Part shown: in pieces, positions 1 to 9,486 of the stretch
Layout: each line of letters starts with the position of its first letter
Position numbering within the stretch: position 1 is the stretch's first letter
Source of the DNA: Methanobacteriota archaeon
GTDB lineage: Archaea; Halobacteriota; Bog-38; Methanoflorentales; Methanoflorentaceae
NCBI GenBank assembly: GCA_963719035.1
Contig: CAVRAO010000002.1
Span: forward strand, 160,001-224,000
Direction: 5' to 3'
Length of the DNA stretch: 64,000 bases
Translations under genes and position numbers: made by a program
The notes under the pieces: generated by a model
Seen by the model: the letters and a program-made list of their open reading frames with translations, nothing else
What the model was told of the DNA's origin: nothing
Databases searched by the model: none

Positions 1-250
1 ATATGACGCTGCCAAGTCCTGCGAGCGAATTCGCTGTGGTGGATACGTAAAAGCTTCCATTAGTAAAATTCGCGCTATTAAAGACGGGCGTTTGCAACGG
101 ATTGGCGAAAACTGACGCAATAATGCCCGCAATAATGACATCGATAAGAAGAGCTACGAATCTGACACCGACGCTACGGTACTGCAGCGGTGCTGGAGTC
201 ATTTCTGGAGCTGCGGCCATTTCAGGCGTTGGGGTCATTTCATTTGCCAT
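1..250 (-). CDS. RDD family membrane protein (5' part, runs off window)
   Basis: Manual translation from ATG 250: MANEMTPTPEMAAAPEMTPAPLQYRSVGVRFVALLIDVIIAGII..., with an RDD-type 'Y.S.G.RF.ALLID' motif; GGAGGTGA SD upstream. Confidence 0.8.
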   Translation of the reverse strand, partial: MANEMTPTPEMAAAPEMTPAPLQYRSVGVRFVALLIDVIIAGIIASVFANPLQTPVFNSANFTNGSFYVSTTANSLAGLGSVI

Positions 251-610
251 TCGTTCACCTCCTTGTGGCTTTGTTGCCTAATTGTGTGTTTGGTAGGTAA
301 AAACCTATGGATGGGATACGGTACCTGAACGAGTGTCCGTTCTTTTCAAATTTTGATAACGAAGAGAAGGGCACCGCGGAGCTAGGCTTTGCGACTATCT
401 GTGCCCCCTTGCCTTTCGATAATCGTACCTAGCACCAGGCGCTTACGTAGGGGGCTAAAATACGAGTGACGTAGTCCTTTTTCCTACCCAACATTCACAG
501 CGCTTCTGAAGCACGAAACGAGCTCATCGAGTGCCTGCGCATCCCCAGGCTAGCTTTATGCTCGAGAAGTACTGTAAGAAACAGGTTACGGAAGCTGAGG
601 AACATATGAA

Positions 611-1114
611 ATGAGTATCCTTGTAAATGTAACAATAAGCATAATTGTTCTGGTAGTAGCATACATCATAGCTTCTCTTTACTATCCTATGCTGGCAGGA
701 GGCGCAGCATATGGTCGTACTCCGAGGAAGATTGTAGCTGAGGCTCTTAAACTGGCAGACCTTAAAAAAGATGAAGTCTTCTACGACCTTGGATGTGGGA
801 CAGGAGAAGCCCTTATAGAAGCCTCAAAGTTATGCGATCATGTGAAGGGAGTTAAGATAGGGCCTATTCGATGGTTTATAGCCAAGCTTAGAGCAAGAAA
901 AGCCAAAGTCATTCTAGGAAACCTTTTCAAGCAAGACATTTCTGACGCTGATGTTATATTCATATTCCAGTACCAAGGAAGGATAAACAACAGAATCGTG
1001 ATGAAAATAAAGGCTGAAACACGAAGCGAAACAAGGATCATAAGTTATTTGCACCCAATAGAAGATATGAAGTTCGTCAAAAGCCAAAACGAGATTTTCA
1101 TTTACAAGACATGA
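611..1114 (+). CDS. SAM-dependent methyltransferase with N-terminal TM helix
   Basis: FYDLGCGTG motif I and GNLF..DISDADVIF; AT-rich codons. Confidence 0.8.
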   Translation: MSILVNVTISIIVLVVAYIIASLYYPMLAGGAAYGRTPRKIVAEALKLADLKKDEVFYDLGCGTGEALIEASKLCDHVKGVKIGPIRWFIAKLRARKAKVILGNLFKQDISDADVIFIFQYQGRINNRIVMKIKAETRSETRIISYLHPIEDMKFVKSQNEIFIYKT

Positions 1115-1389
1115 AAGGATCTGTCAACTCTTTAACAAGGCGTCTGCTGCCACCGGAGGGCATCTGTTGTTTCTGCTACGGTAGGGGCGTTGGTCGTAGC
1201 CTGTATTAGGCTCCGGTTGCTGTGTTGAATTAGTTCGTCAGAGCGTTCAGAAATAGGTCGGAGCTCAATAGGCCTCCACTGACGTGGAATTTTGCAAATA
1301 GTCTGAAAGAAAAAACATAATGTAAACTAAATTACGAGATTATTCTGATGCACAAAAAAATGAAAGAAAATACATTAAATTGTGGTAAA

Positions 1390-2143
1390 ATGCAAGAAAC
1401 AGACCTCTATCTTACCATATTCCAACGGAAGTCCGTTAGAAAGTACGATTTAGACCCCTTCGATGAAGATACATTAAAGGAGCTCAGAGAGCATCTTCAA
1501 ACTTTAAAACCGTTGCATAAGGACATTAAAATTGAATTTAAGATTTTATCTCCCGATGCTGTTATAAGAAGGACGATGAGAAAAGCACCGCACTATATAG
1601 CTGTTTTTGCAGAGGTAAAAGAGGGGTATCTAAGCAACATAGGGTTCATGCTACAGCAGATGGATCTATTATTTTCTGCTAACGGATTGGGTAGTTGCTG
1701 GCAGGGGATCCCTACTCTCAAAAAAGAAGGTTTGGCAAGTTCACGTCTGAAATTTATCATGTTAATGTACCTTTGGAAAGCCCCAGGAAACATTACACCG
1801 AACAAAAACTTCCCAATTCAAAAGAAAATCGCTCCAGGAAATAAGTGACATTAAAGGTGCAGATGATTTACTGGAAACAGCTCGTCTTGCTCCTTCTGCA
1901 CGTAATGCACAGGGGTGGTTTTTCACTGGTGATAAAGATTTAATTCATGCATATTACCGTAAACCAAGCTTCATTGCGGGACTTTTAACCAAAAAATATC
2001 CTCCCATGGATGTGGGAATCAGTCTTTATCACTTGAAACTTGGTGCAGAACATTTTGGCAAGGAAACTGAGGTTATATTTGATAATCCGGATGGCAATAC
2101 TCTCAATGATTATGAGTATGTTGCCAGTTTGCGCTTAACATAA
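1390..2143 (+). pseudogene. Nitroreductase family protein, split by a 1-nt insertion near 1768
   Basis: RKSVRKY and GLGSCW in the first frame; removing T1768 continues TFGKP...ARLAPSARNAQGW to TAA 2143 (about 250 aa). May be a sequencing error. Confidence 0.75.
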
Positions 2144-2343
2144 TCAAATGCCCCATTTGTTCTCCGGTGGTTTCTACCAATCTTTCGGCTCCGGTCAATG
2201 TCTCGAATTTGGACGAAAAAACGTCCTGATGTGAGTCAGTCAGAGTCCCCACCAGGAAAGTAATTCTCACTGTAGTTTTCCGGCCGATTTTGAAGCGAAA
2301 ATCTCCGAATACGTTTTTCTAAGTTGAATACCGATAATCGTGC

Positions 2344-3054
2344 ATGGACCTGCCAGGGATCCTTTCCTGTAGAGTGGAGCGCCTGAAGTTCAAAGCGACC
2401 AACCTCGACCTCGGTCTGGCGCTCATCGCCACCTTCCTCCTGCCCATCGCCTGCTGGCTGCTGCTGGATTGGGGCGGAGCCCTCCTGCCTCTAATCCTGT
2501 ACTATGGGGTGTTCTGCGTGGCCATCGTGCTCTGGCGCAAGAAGAGCCTCGACTATGTTAGACCGGTCAGTTGGTCCTTCAAGCTCTTCATTGGGCTGTT
2601 GGCTCTCCAGATCTTCATCCAGACGATCGCCTACCTGACCATCATACCCGTCAACGATCCCTTGGAGGGGGTCCTGCTCACACTGCTCATCTGGGTCCCC
2701 ATCAACGCGGCCATGGAACAGCTGCTTTGGGTCTACATATTCGATGCCTTCGAGACGCGCTGGACGGAAAGGCGAAAGCGCTTCATAGGAGGGGTGATCG
2801 GGATGTTGATGGCGGTAATATTCGTAGGCCTTATACACGTCCTGTTCTGGAGTAAGTTCCTGCCTTCCTTCGAATCCATCACGCCTTGGTCTCAGATCTT
2901 CCTCATCGCCCAGTTCCTGATCACGCCCGGTTACCTGCTCCTTTACCGCAGGACCGGCTCGATGTGGCCGGTATTCGCCATCCACATCATCGCCGATGCG
3001 GTGCTAGTGTTGGGCGCGATGTATTCCATCTGGCCAGCCCTTTGGACCTTGTAA
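2344..3054 (+). CDS. CPBP/CAAX protease (Abi)-like membrane protein
   Basis: Multi-TM; EQLLW (EExxxR-like), FVGLIH and YRRTGSMWP..IHIIAD motifs; strongly GC-ending codons. Confidence 0.7.
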   Translation: MDLPGILSCRVERLKFKATNLDLGLALIATFLLPIACWLLLDWGGALLPLILYYGVFCVAIVLWRKKSLDYVRPVSWSFKLFIGLLALQIFIQTIAYLTIIPVNDPLEGVLLTLLIWVPINAAMEQLLWVYIFDAFETRWTERRKRFIGGVIGMLMAVIFVGLIHVLFWSKFLPSFESITPWSQIFLIAQFLITPGYLLLYRRTGSMWPVFAIHIIADAVLVLGAMYSIWPALWTL

Positions 3055-3377
3055 GGCGATCAGAAGATGGGGCTCTGGCGGAGCATGTCCATGTCGGTGA
3101 CGTAGCGAGCTGCCTCTCCACGATGAGGTCTTGCCTGCCCTTCAGCTGCAGCAGGACCGCCTGAGGAAGCTCTGGGATTCATTCTATAAGTTGCTTAAAT
3201 CTCACTTCTGCCCAATACTGCATATAAACATCATAGACGTTTTCAGGCAACGGATGTTTATAATGCTTCCAATCGATTCCACTCACTCCGTGCGTCATAA
3301 TATACGCTCGGTTTGAATGATCTCACTGAATACCGTCGCCATATTGTTCGTATCTTAGCGACTTTTAGCAGTTACAA

Positions 3378-3564
3378 AGCTTTATCGTAGTTCGTAGTGA
3401 TTTACTATGGCTGCTAAGCATGCCACAGCCGACACGGCATGCTGCGAGTTCATAAGCTATTCATTTTTGTGTAGGGCTTCCCTACGGGTGATCCCCGTAG
3501 CCTGTCGCGCTTGCGCTGAGGCGGGCATGCAATTCTCAAAAAGAGATAAGGAGGCGAAGCTAAG
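3378..3564 (+). promoter_or_regulatory. Promoter plus structured leader/uORF upstream of ORF 3565
   Basis: TATA-like CTTTATCG 3380-3387; several alternative hairpins 3409-3526; SD AAGGAGG 3548-3554. Confidence 0.45.
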
Positions 3565-3918
3565 ATGGTGACATTTGTAGCGATTTCAAGGCATAACGCC
3601 GAAGTGTGTGCGTTCCACGAAGAGAAATCTGCAAAGACAATGATGGACTGGCTGAAGAAGGCTGGGGAGCTCGAAGCGAAACACGGAGTGAAAGTAGTTG
3701 CCGCTGCGAACGTGATTCAAGAGCATTTGTCAGTTCAGGTGCTCGAAGCTCCGACTTTTGAGGCGTTCCAAGCGTATTCAAAAGAACCGGAAATGATGGC
3801 CATGATGAATTGGAACATGATTGAAATCAAATCGGCAATGACGAACGAAGAAGTTGCCCAAATGATGCAGCAGATGATGAGGCCTGATGACCTGCATTTT
3901 TCTTTTTTAAGTCAATAA
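3565..3918 (+). CDS. Small hypothetical protein, DUF3303/GYD-like
   Basis: Strong SD; 'H...C' N-terminus and 'GVKVV....EH....VLEAP' pattern. Confidence 0.65.
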   Translation: MVTFVAISRHNAEVCAFHEEKSAKTMMDWLKKAGELEAKHGVKVVAAANVIQEHLSVQVLEAPTFEAFQAYSKEPEMMAMMNWNMIEIKSAMTNEEVAQMMQQMMRPDDLHFSFLSQ

Positions 3919-4067
3919 GAAACGGCGTTCACTACCACCGCCGCACCAACATCAAGAGAGCGAGCAAATAGATTGGAATCCATTGCTACCCCCCAAAATC
4001 TATGATGAGCGGCAGTGGATAAACATCAAGTCAAGAAAGTACACGCCCTATTTCTGGCCCAAAAAAT

Positions 4068-4550
4068 TTAATCTGCGTTCTTCGCGCCTACTATCTTCAC
4101 CTCTTTCCCCGGCCGGTCCATAGCGCCAGTCTTCACTTTGCCCATCTTCTCCACCACATCCATCCCCTCAACAACTTTGCCGAAGACCGGATGAGCTTTG
4201 TCCAGGTAGTTGTTGTTTACCAGGTTGATGAAGAACTGGCTGCCGCCCGTGTTCGGACCGGCGTTGGCCATGGCAATGGTCCCCCGATCGTTGCGGTTGT
4301 GATCAGTGAACTCATCCTTGATAGCGTAACCCGGTCCACCCCGGCCAGTGCCCGTGGGGTCCCCGCCCTGGATCATGAAGCCGTCGATGATGCGGTGGAA
4401 GACGGTGCCGTCGTAGAATCCCTTCTCCACCAGCTTTCGGAAGTTGCCCGCGGTAATGGGCATATCATCAAAAAGCTCCAGGGTGATGTCCCCCATGCTG
4501 GTGTTCAATAATATCTTGGTCCTGCCTGTATGCGAAGTACTTTCTGCCAT
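4068..4550 (-). CDS. Cyclophilin-type peptidyl-prolyl cis-trans isomerase
   Basis: FYDGTVFHRII.GFMIQGGDPTGTGRGGPG, AMANAGPNTGGSQFFI, HPVFGKV. Confidence 0.97.
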   Translation of the reverse strand: MAESTSHTGRTKILLNTSMGDITLELFDDMPITAGNFRKLVEKGFYDGTVFHRIIDGFMIQGGDPTGTGRGGPGYAIKDEFTDHNRNDRGTIAMANAGPNTGGSQFFINLVNNNYLDKAHPVFGKVVEGMDVVEKMGKVKTGAMDRPGKEVKIVGAKNAD

Positions 4551-4721
4551 GTCCTCATCCCTCAATGATGTATCTTGGATTCTCTATTTCTGGTTGATGC
4601 ATCGTCATTCGGATTGTCTATATAAAAAACTAAGGGACGACTGCAGGATAGAATACAAGCCTTTAAGCTATTGCATTATAGTAATGTCTAGCATTACAAT
4701 ATTGTAAAGGCTGGTAAAACT

Positions 4722-4826
4722 ATGGTCACTGTTGAAGATAAAACAACTATTACTGTCTCTAAGGACACAAAAGAATGGTTAATAATGCTCAAGCTCGACA
4801 TACAAGCAGCCAAGTATTTCAAATAG
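4722..4826 (+). CDS. 34-aa RHH/antitoxin-like microprotein (possibly truncated)
   Basis: MVTVEDKTTITVSKDTKEWLIMLKLDIQAAKYFK; 'TTITVS.DTK..L..LK' resembles archaeal RHH N-termini; palindromes upstream. Confidence 0.5.
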   Translation: MVTVEDKTTITVSKDTKEWLIMLKLDIQAAKYFK

Positions 4827-4991
4827 ACATCAAGCATGCGCTCTGGCAGCGGATTCTGGCATTACTTCTCAGACTCTTAACGCCCTCAGTCGCAGCCTAA
4901 AGGAGGCTTCTGCTGTCACTAGGTCAACTTAGGTTGCCTAGGTAAAAGAATAAAAAAACCGGCTTTGTGACCGGTGTCAAGGATTTTCTGT

Positions 4992-5447
4992 CTACCAGAC
5001 TTCGGGGAAGGACATTTCCGTGTAAAGATCCTCGAGCCGGGCTTTATGGCCCCTCTCCATACTTGCCAGCTGGGAGAAGAGGAGCTCCTGTTCGGCATCG
5101 ATGGAAAGCGTGGCAAGCTGCGTGTACATCTGCATTGCCTGCAGTTCTTTCTTTATCGCGATCACGAGACCTTCGAGCGGTTTTAAGTCATCAGTCAGTT
5201 TCGGAGTTGGCAGGTTGTCGCCGACCTTGTAGTCTTTCGTTGCCGTGAAGTTGAGGTTGGCGGTGTCCTTCGTGAGGACGTTCTCGAGGAACTCCCGGTG
5301 TTTCTTCTCTTCACCTGCAAGTTCTTCAAAAAGTTTCTTTAGCGCCGAGTCATGTGCCCTTTCGGAGACGCCCTTATAGTATGAATAGGCCTCTACTTCG
5401 CCGTCGATTGCGTCGGAAATTATCTTCTTTGCTCCTTCTGCATCCAT
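4992..5447 (-). CDS. Ferritin-like/rubrerythrin family protein
   Basis: Two E...EExxH di-iron repeats (LAGEEKKH, LASMERGH). Confidence 0.9.
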   Translation of the reverse strand: MDAEGAKKIISDAIDGEVEAYSYYKGVSERAHDSALKKLFEELAGEEKKHREFLENVLTKDTANLNFTATKDYKVGDNLPTPKLTDDLKPLEGLVIAIKKELQAMQMYTQLATLSIDAEQELLFSQLASMERGHKARLEDLYTEMSFPEVW

Positions 5448-5669
5448 GGTTATAACATCCCTCTATTTTTTTTAACGCTTTTTAGTATTGCCGATTACCG
5501 TATTTAAGTCCATTGACTGGTCAGGAAATGAGTTGCCACGCCAGCGAGCATTAGAAGCAACTGCCGAAATATTTAGGCTGAGAGTAGGAGGAGTTAATAA
5601 TAAAAAATATAATATCTGAGCAAAATACGGCTCTAGTCAAAAACGATTAGCAATTAACCGCAGTTATGC

Positions 5670-5942
5670 TTAGATCATCATAAATTCCGAATAGGTATTG
5701 TCTCGGTCTTGGCACGCCGCTTTAACATCCTTAACGATTGCCATTCGCGGTCCTTCTCGCAACTTTTCGATGAAAGATGCGAGATCGGCTTCATCGCCTG
5801 ATGCTATAACCTTCACTGAGCCATCAGCTTGGTTTTGTACAAAGCCGGTAATGTGGAAATGGTCAGCATATCTTTTGGTAAATAGACGGTAACCCACTGC
5901 TTGCACATAGCCTAACACTAAAATTTCTACAGTTTTGTGCAT
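5670..5942 (-). CDS. acyP: Acylphosphatase
   Basis: G.VQAVGYR, GFVQN..DGSV, GP..A.V. Confidence 0.92.
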   Translation of the reverse strand: MHKTVEILVLGYVQAVGYRLFTKRYADHFHITGFVQNQADGSVKVIASGDEADLASFIEKLREGPRMAIVKDVKAACQDRDNTYSEFMMI

Positions 5943-6011
5943 ATAAACAGATAAATAAGCAATTTAATTAATGCTTTGCTCAATAGTGACCTACACTAGT
6001 GAGGCTTCAAG

Positions 6012-6698
6012 ATGTCACGAGCCGTTGTTTTGTTGTCAGCAGGCTTAGATTCTGTTGTATCGTTCAAGATAGCCCATGACACGTTTGATGAAATCATGTG
6101 TTTGACGTTTGATTACGTGCAGAAAGCGCTCCGTATAGAAATCGAATACGCTGCCAAAATTTGCGCGATGTACCGGGTCAACCATCAGATCATTAAACTA
6201 CCGTGGTACGCGAGTTTTGTCGGTGCTCTTACTAATCAAACTACACCTCCACGCGTGAGCGCCTATGCGCTAAACGATCTTGCGGTGATGCGTGAAACAG
6301 CAAGGGCGGTTTGGGTACCTGCACGCAACGCAGTCTTCCTTTCTATAGCAGCTGCTTTTTGCGAGAATTATGGTTTTAACACTGTTGTCGTCGGATTTAA
6401 CAAAGAAGAGGCAATGACCTTCCCCGATAACTCAACCGATTTTGTAGCTTCCTTCAACGAAGCATTAAAATATGCGACCCTAGATAAAGTCGAGGTGTTT
6501 GCGCCACTCATAGAATACGACAAAACTGAGATCGCCGCACTAGGATTGCGCATCGGAGCGCCCCTTGAATGGTCGTGGTCTTGCTACGCTGCTGAGGGCG
6601 CCCCATGTGGCATTTGCGAATCGTGTCTTCGCAGACGGCGAGCATTCCAGGCGATTTGCAAGGATGACCCTTTGTTAAAAAGGCTAAGAAGCCGGTGA
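6012..6698 (+). CDS. queC: 7-cyano-7-deazaguanine synthase
   Basis: SAGLDS, VPARN, FPD, WSCY....CG.CESC..R. Confidence 0.95.
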   Translation: MSRAVVLLSAGLDSVVSFKIAHDTFDEIMCLTFDYVQKALRIEIEYAAKICAMYRVNHQIIKLPWYASFVGALTNQTTPPRVSAYALNDLAVMRETARAVWVPARNAVFLSIAAAFCENYGFNTVVVGFNKEEAMTFPDNSTDFVASFNEALKYATLDKVEVFAPLIEYDKTEIAALGLRIGAPLEWSWSCYAAEGAPCGICESCLRRRRAFQAICKDDPLLKRLRSR

Positions 6699-6711
6699 TC
6701 AGAACCGAAAA

Positions 6712-7452
6712 ATGGCTGCTAAAGCAAACGTTAACGAAGTATTTAACTCTATACAAGGGGAAGGGCCCTACGCAGGAACCCGCCAAGTTTTTGTTAGATT
6801 TCAGGGATGCCCACTAAGTTGCGTCTACTGCGATTCAACGAGTGCGAAGCCCTTTCAAAGCCCCAATGAAGTTATATGTAATTCTACGCGTGCGTTTCGT
6901 AACCCAGTTTCAACAAAGGATCTCGCTGGACTCGTCGAAAGCCTGTGGACTCCTTCAACGCAACATTTAAGCCTGACAGGCGGTGAACCGTTGTTGTATG
7001 CCAAGTTCATCGTAGAACTTGCACAAGCAATCTGCGTACCGCTGTACCTTGAGACTAATGCGATGTTTTCACGCGACGCCCAACAGCTCAAGAACGTGGT
7101 GCATATTGTTGCGTGTGACATCAAGCTGCCAGAGCATAGGGCCACTGCCACGTACGATTTGTTGCTAAATGAGGAGCTGCGCACCGTTAAATGTTTTAGC
7201 GACTCTCCAGCTTACGTTTTTGCTAAAGTGGTGGTGCTTAAGGAGACGTCGAGCGAAATGATTGAGCTCGTGGCTCAACGCCTCGCGACAATTGACAACA
7301 ATCTACTGCTTGTGCTCCAGCCCGTCACGCCTATTTCCCAAACTGCCCAACCAGATAACAGTCAGCTCTTGCGGCTCATGGATAGTGCTGCTGCGCATTT
7401 AAGTCAGGTAAGGGTCATACCGCAGATGCATGTGCAGTTAGGGATTGCGTGA
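6712..7452 (+). CDS. queE: 7-carboxy-7-deazaguanine synthase (radical SAM)
   Basis: EVFNSIQGEG, CPLSCVYCD, LTGGEP, VRVIPQMH. Confidence 0.95.
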   Translation: MAAKANVNEVFNSIQGEGPYAGTRQVFVRFQGCPLSCVYCDSTSAKPFQSPNEVICNSTRAFRNPVSTKDLAGLVESLWTPSTQHLSLTGGEPLLYAKFIVELAQAICVPLYLETNAMFSRDAQQLKNVVHIVACDIKLPEHRATATYDLLLNEELRTVKCFSDSPAYVFAKVVVLKETSSEMIELVAQRLATIDNNLLLVLQPVTPISQTAQPDNSQLLRLMDSAAAHLSQVRVIPQMHVQLGIA

Positions 7453-7456
7453 ATGC

Positions 7457-8461
7457 ATGAGTGGTTACAGCAGAGATTATTGGGATTATCCGCGCGAAAT
7501 AAACGGCGCTAATGGGGAGTCGCCCACACTTGAGTTTGCTACTGCGGTACGCGCTCTAGATCGACTTAGCGAAAAAGTGAGACGTTTTTATCAATCGGGG
7601 GACTTTGAAGAAGTCGTTCTAAACGCGCACCAGATCAAAGAATTGTACCAGCTGTGCCTACGAGATGAATACAGAAGGCAAGGACGCAATACGTTCCGCC
7701 CAGAATTACGTGCGCATATTGAAAGGAATTTAGATTCGTTGGACTACTGGTGGGAAGCAGGTGTTGTCGCTTTTCAGAAGATAAAGATTGGCCCCGAAAT
7801 TGCTAAGACGGCCTTGACGCTCTCAGAGGAGATGCGTGATTATCTGATGAGTTACGGCGGATACCGCGGCGACGATATGCTACGTGCATCACAGGCCACT
7901 AGCAATCGCGCATCATATGAAGCCCAATTAAGAAAAAAAACAGTCGTTCCGCTTTCTTCCTATCCAGTCAGCAAAGGTGGATTGAAAATCGAGGATGAGG
8001 GGCTTTTATATCTAGGTAGACCGAGTATCGTAGGTTGTACGCTGGCGTACAAGTGGATTTTGCTGCTCGTGGTAGCCCTTCTCTTTGGGTCTTTTTTTGT
8101 GAACAGCATTCCTGAAATCAGTTTGATCGCGGCGCTTTTTAGGGGGCTATCAGTCTTGCTTTTTCTCTTTGTTGTTGGAAGAACCGGCATAGCTGTTTAT
8201 TCAGAACGATATGCAATTACAGATCAAGACGTATACATTGAAAAAGGCCTGTTTTTCAAGAGCACTGCGACAATACCACTAATTCGAATCGCGGCTCAAA
8301 TGATACAACAGAGCTTTTTAGGTAAGCTTTTAAAGACGGGAAATCTTATCATTAAGACACACAGTGGACACGTAATGGCATTCAAAGGGATCTATGATCC
8401 TGGAGAGGTATTTGAACTAGTGGCCGAGCTGCGCAAAAGCAACGCGGTTCATCAAGACTGA
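7457..8461 (+). CDS. Membrane protein: unknown N-terminal helical domain, 2 TM, bacterial PH (bPH_2) domain
   Basis: Two TMs, then YAITDQ.VYIEKGLF...IPL.RI.....QS.LG.LL..GNL.I. Confidence 0.7.
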   Translation: MSGYSRDYWDYPREINGANGESPTLEFATAVRALDRLSEKVRRFYQSGDFEEVVLNAHQIKELYQLCLRDEYRRQGRNTFRPELRAHIERNLDSLDYWWEAGVVAFQKIKIGPEIAKTALTLSEEMRDYLMSYGGYRGDDMLRASQATSNRASYEAQLRKKTVVPLSSYPVSKGGLKIEDEGLLYLGRPSIVGCTLAYKWILLLVVALLFGSFFVNSIPEISLIAALFRGLSVLLFLFVVGRTGIAVYSERYAITDQDVYIEKGLFFKSTATIPLIRIAAQMIQQSFLGKLLKTGNLIIKTHSGHVMAFKGIYDPGEVFELVAELRKSNAVHQD

Positions 8462-9405
8462 TCGAACCGCGAAGCTGCCTCAATGAGCTCACGTACCTTT
8501 TTGACACGATATGCGAATAATCGAAATCCTATTCGCTCAGCGATCGTAAAACGGAGATTGCCTCCAGCAGCGTGTGGGTGTCCTCCTCCGCCAAACAACA
8601 TAGCAATTTGATTACTTACCGGAGCAACCGTTCTTACGGAAAAAATGCCATTAGCTCGCAATACTAACTCTGTTCTTGAATTATATCTCTGCCTCAACTT
8701 CGCAGCGACATCACTCGTGTAACCATCACTTATCGTGACCGCAGTATGATTAAAAAGAGCAGAAGTGCGCAACGCGTTGTTTATGGACGTATTTTTCTGA
8801 GCTGTTTGCACAGCATACAAGTGCTCGATCTCGGGATCTGTGAAAATTCCTTGCGCCAGCTTCGAAGCAACCTTCTCTCTCACCGCATAATCACTTACCA
8901 CGGTCGACAGCACTTCTGAGCGGTGGTCTTTGTTAATCCAGAGGTCCCTATCCCTCCCTATTGCTGCAATTTCTTGGGCGATCGGATCGCTTTTTAGCAG
9001 ATCCTGATACACTATCTCGCACCCGCATAAATCGCGATTGACACTCAAATAATCGATAGTGTTCGTAACATCCTCTAAAGTCTGAGTGTCCCATATGTGA
9101 TGATCCCGCCACTCAACATCCCATCCATTGCGCTTTAGCGTTGCAACGGACTCGACAGCGTTCTGTCTACCGCCAAGATCAGACATGCATAGCGTGAGGC
9201 TCCTAGTTCTTGGGACTTGAGTAAAGAGGTCTAAATATGTGCCGTAATCTTGCACAGAAGAAAAAACTGTCAGCACATTTCCATATTTTCTTCTAAAAAT
9301 AGCATCACAACAAACAGCATCTAAATCAGTATGCGTCAAGTGAATTATATTTCCATTAAATCTGTTCAACCTGCCAAGAACCCCTTTGCCGGCGTTTCTG
9401 CGCAT
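8452..9405 (-). CDS. DHH/DHHA1 phosphoesterase
   Basis: HTDLD, SDLG, DHH and GGGHPHAAG motifs. Confidence 0.9.
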   Translation of the reverse strand: MRRNAGKGVLGRLNRFNGNIIHLTHTDLDAVCCDAIFRRKYGNVLTVFSSVQDYGTYLDLFTQVPRTRSLTLCMSDLGGRQNAVESVATLKRNGWDVEWRDHHIWDTQTLEDVTNTIDYLSVNRDLCGCEIVYQDLLKSDPIAQEIAAIGRDRDLWINKDHRSEVLSTVVSDYAVREKVASKLAQGIFTDPEIEHLYAVQTAQKNTSINNALRTSALFNHTAVTISDGYTSDVAAKLRQRYNSRTELVLRANGIFSVRTVAPVSNQIAMLFGGGGHPHAAGGNLRFTIAERIGFRLFAYRVKKVRELIEAASRFDQS

Positions 9406-9486
9406 CTTGCTTAAGCTCCAATCTTTCCCCGAGCATCCGTAGATGGGTCGAACGACGTCAAACTCATTTTAGCGCTTCTCATCTTG

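Noticed and set aside
1128-1200. Possible attC site (TTTAAC after the methyltransferase stop)
   Set aside because: No complementary GTTRRRY end with the required long imperfect stem is visible, and no integrase is present.
2205-2265. GGACGAAA and CTGATG resembling a hammerhead core
   Set aside because: The core is CTGATGT rather than CTGANGA, and the stems and order do not fit.
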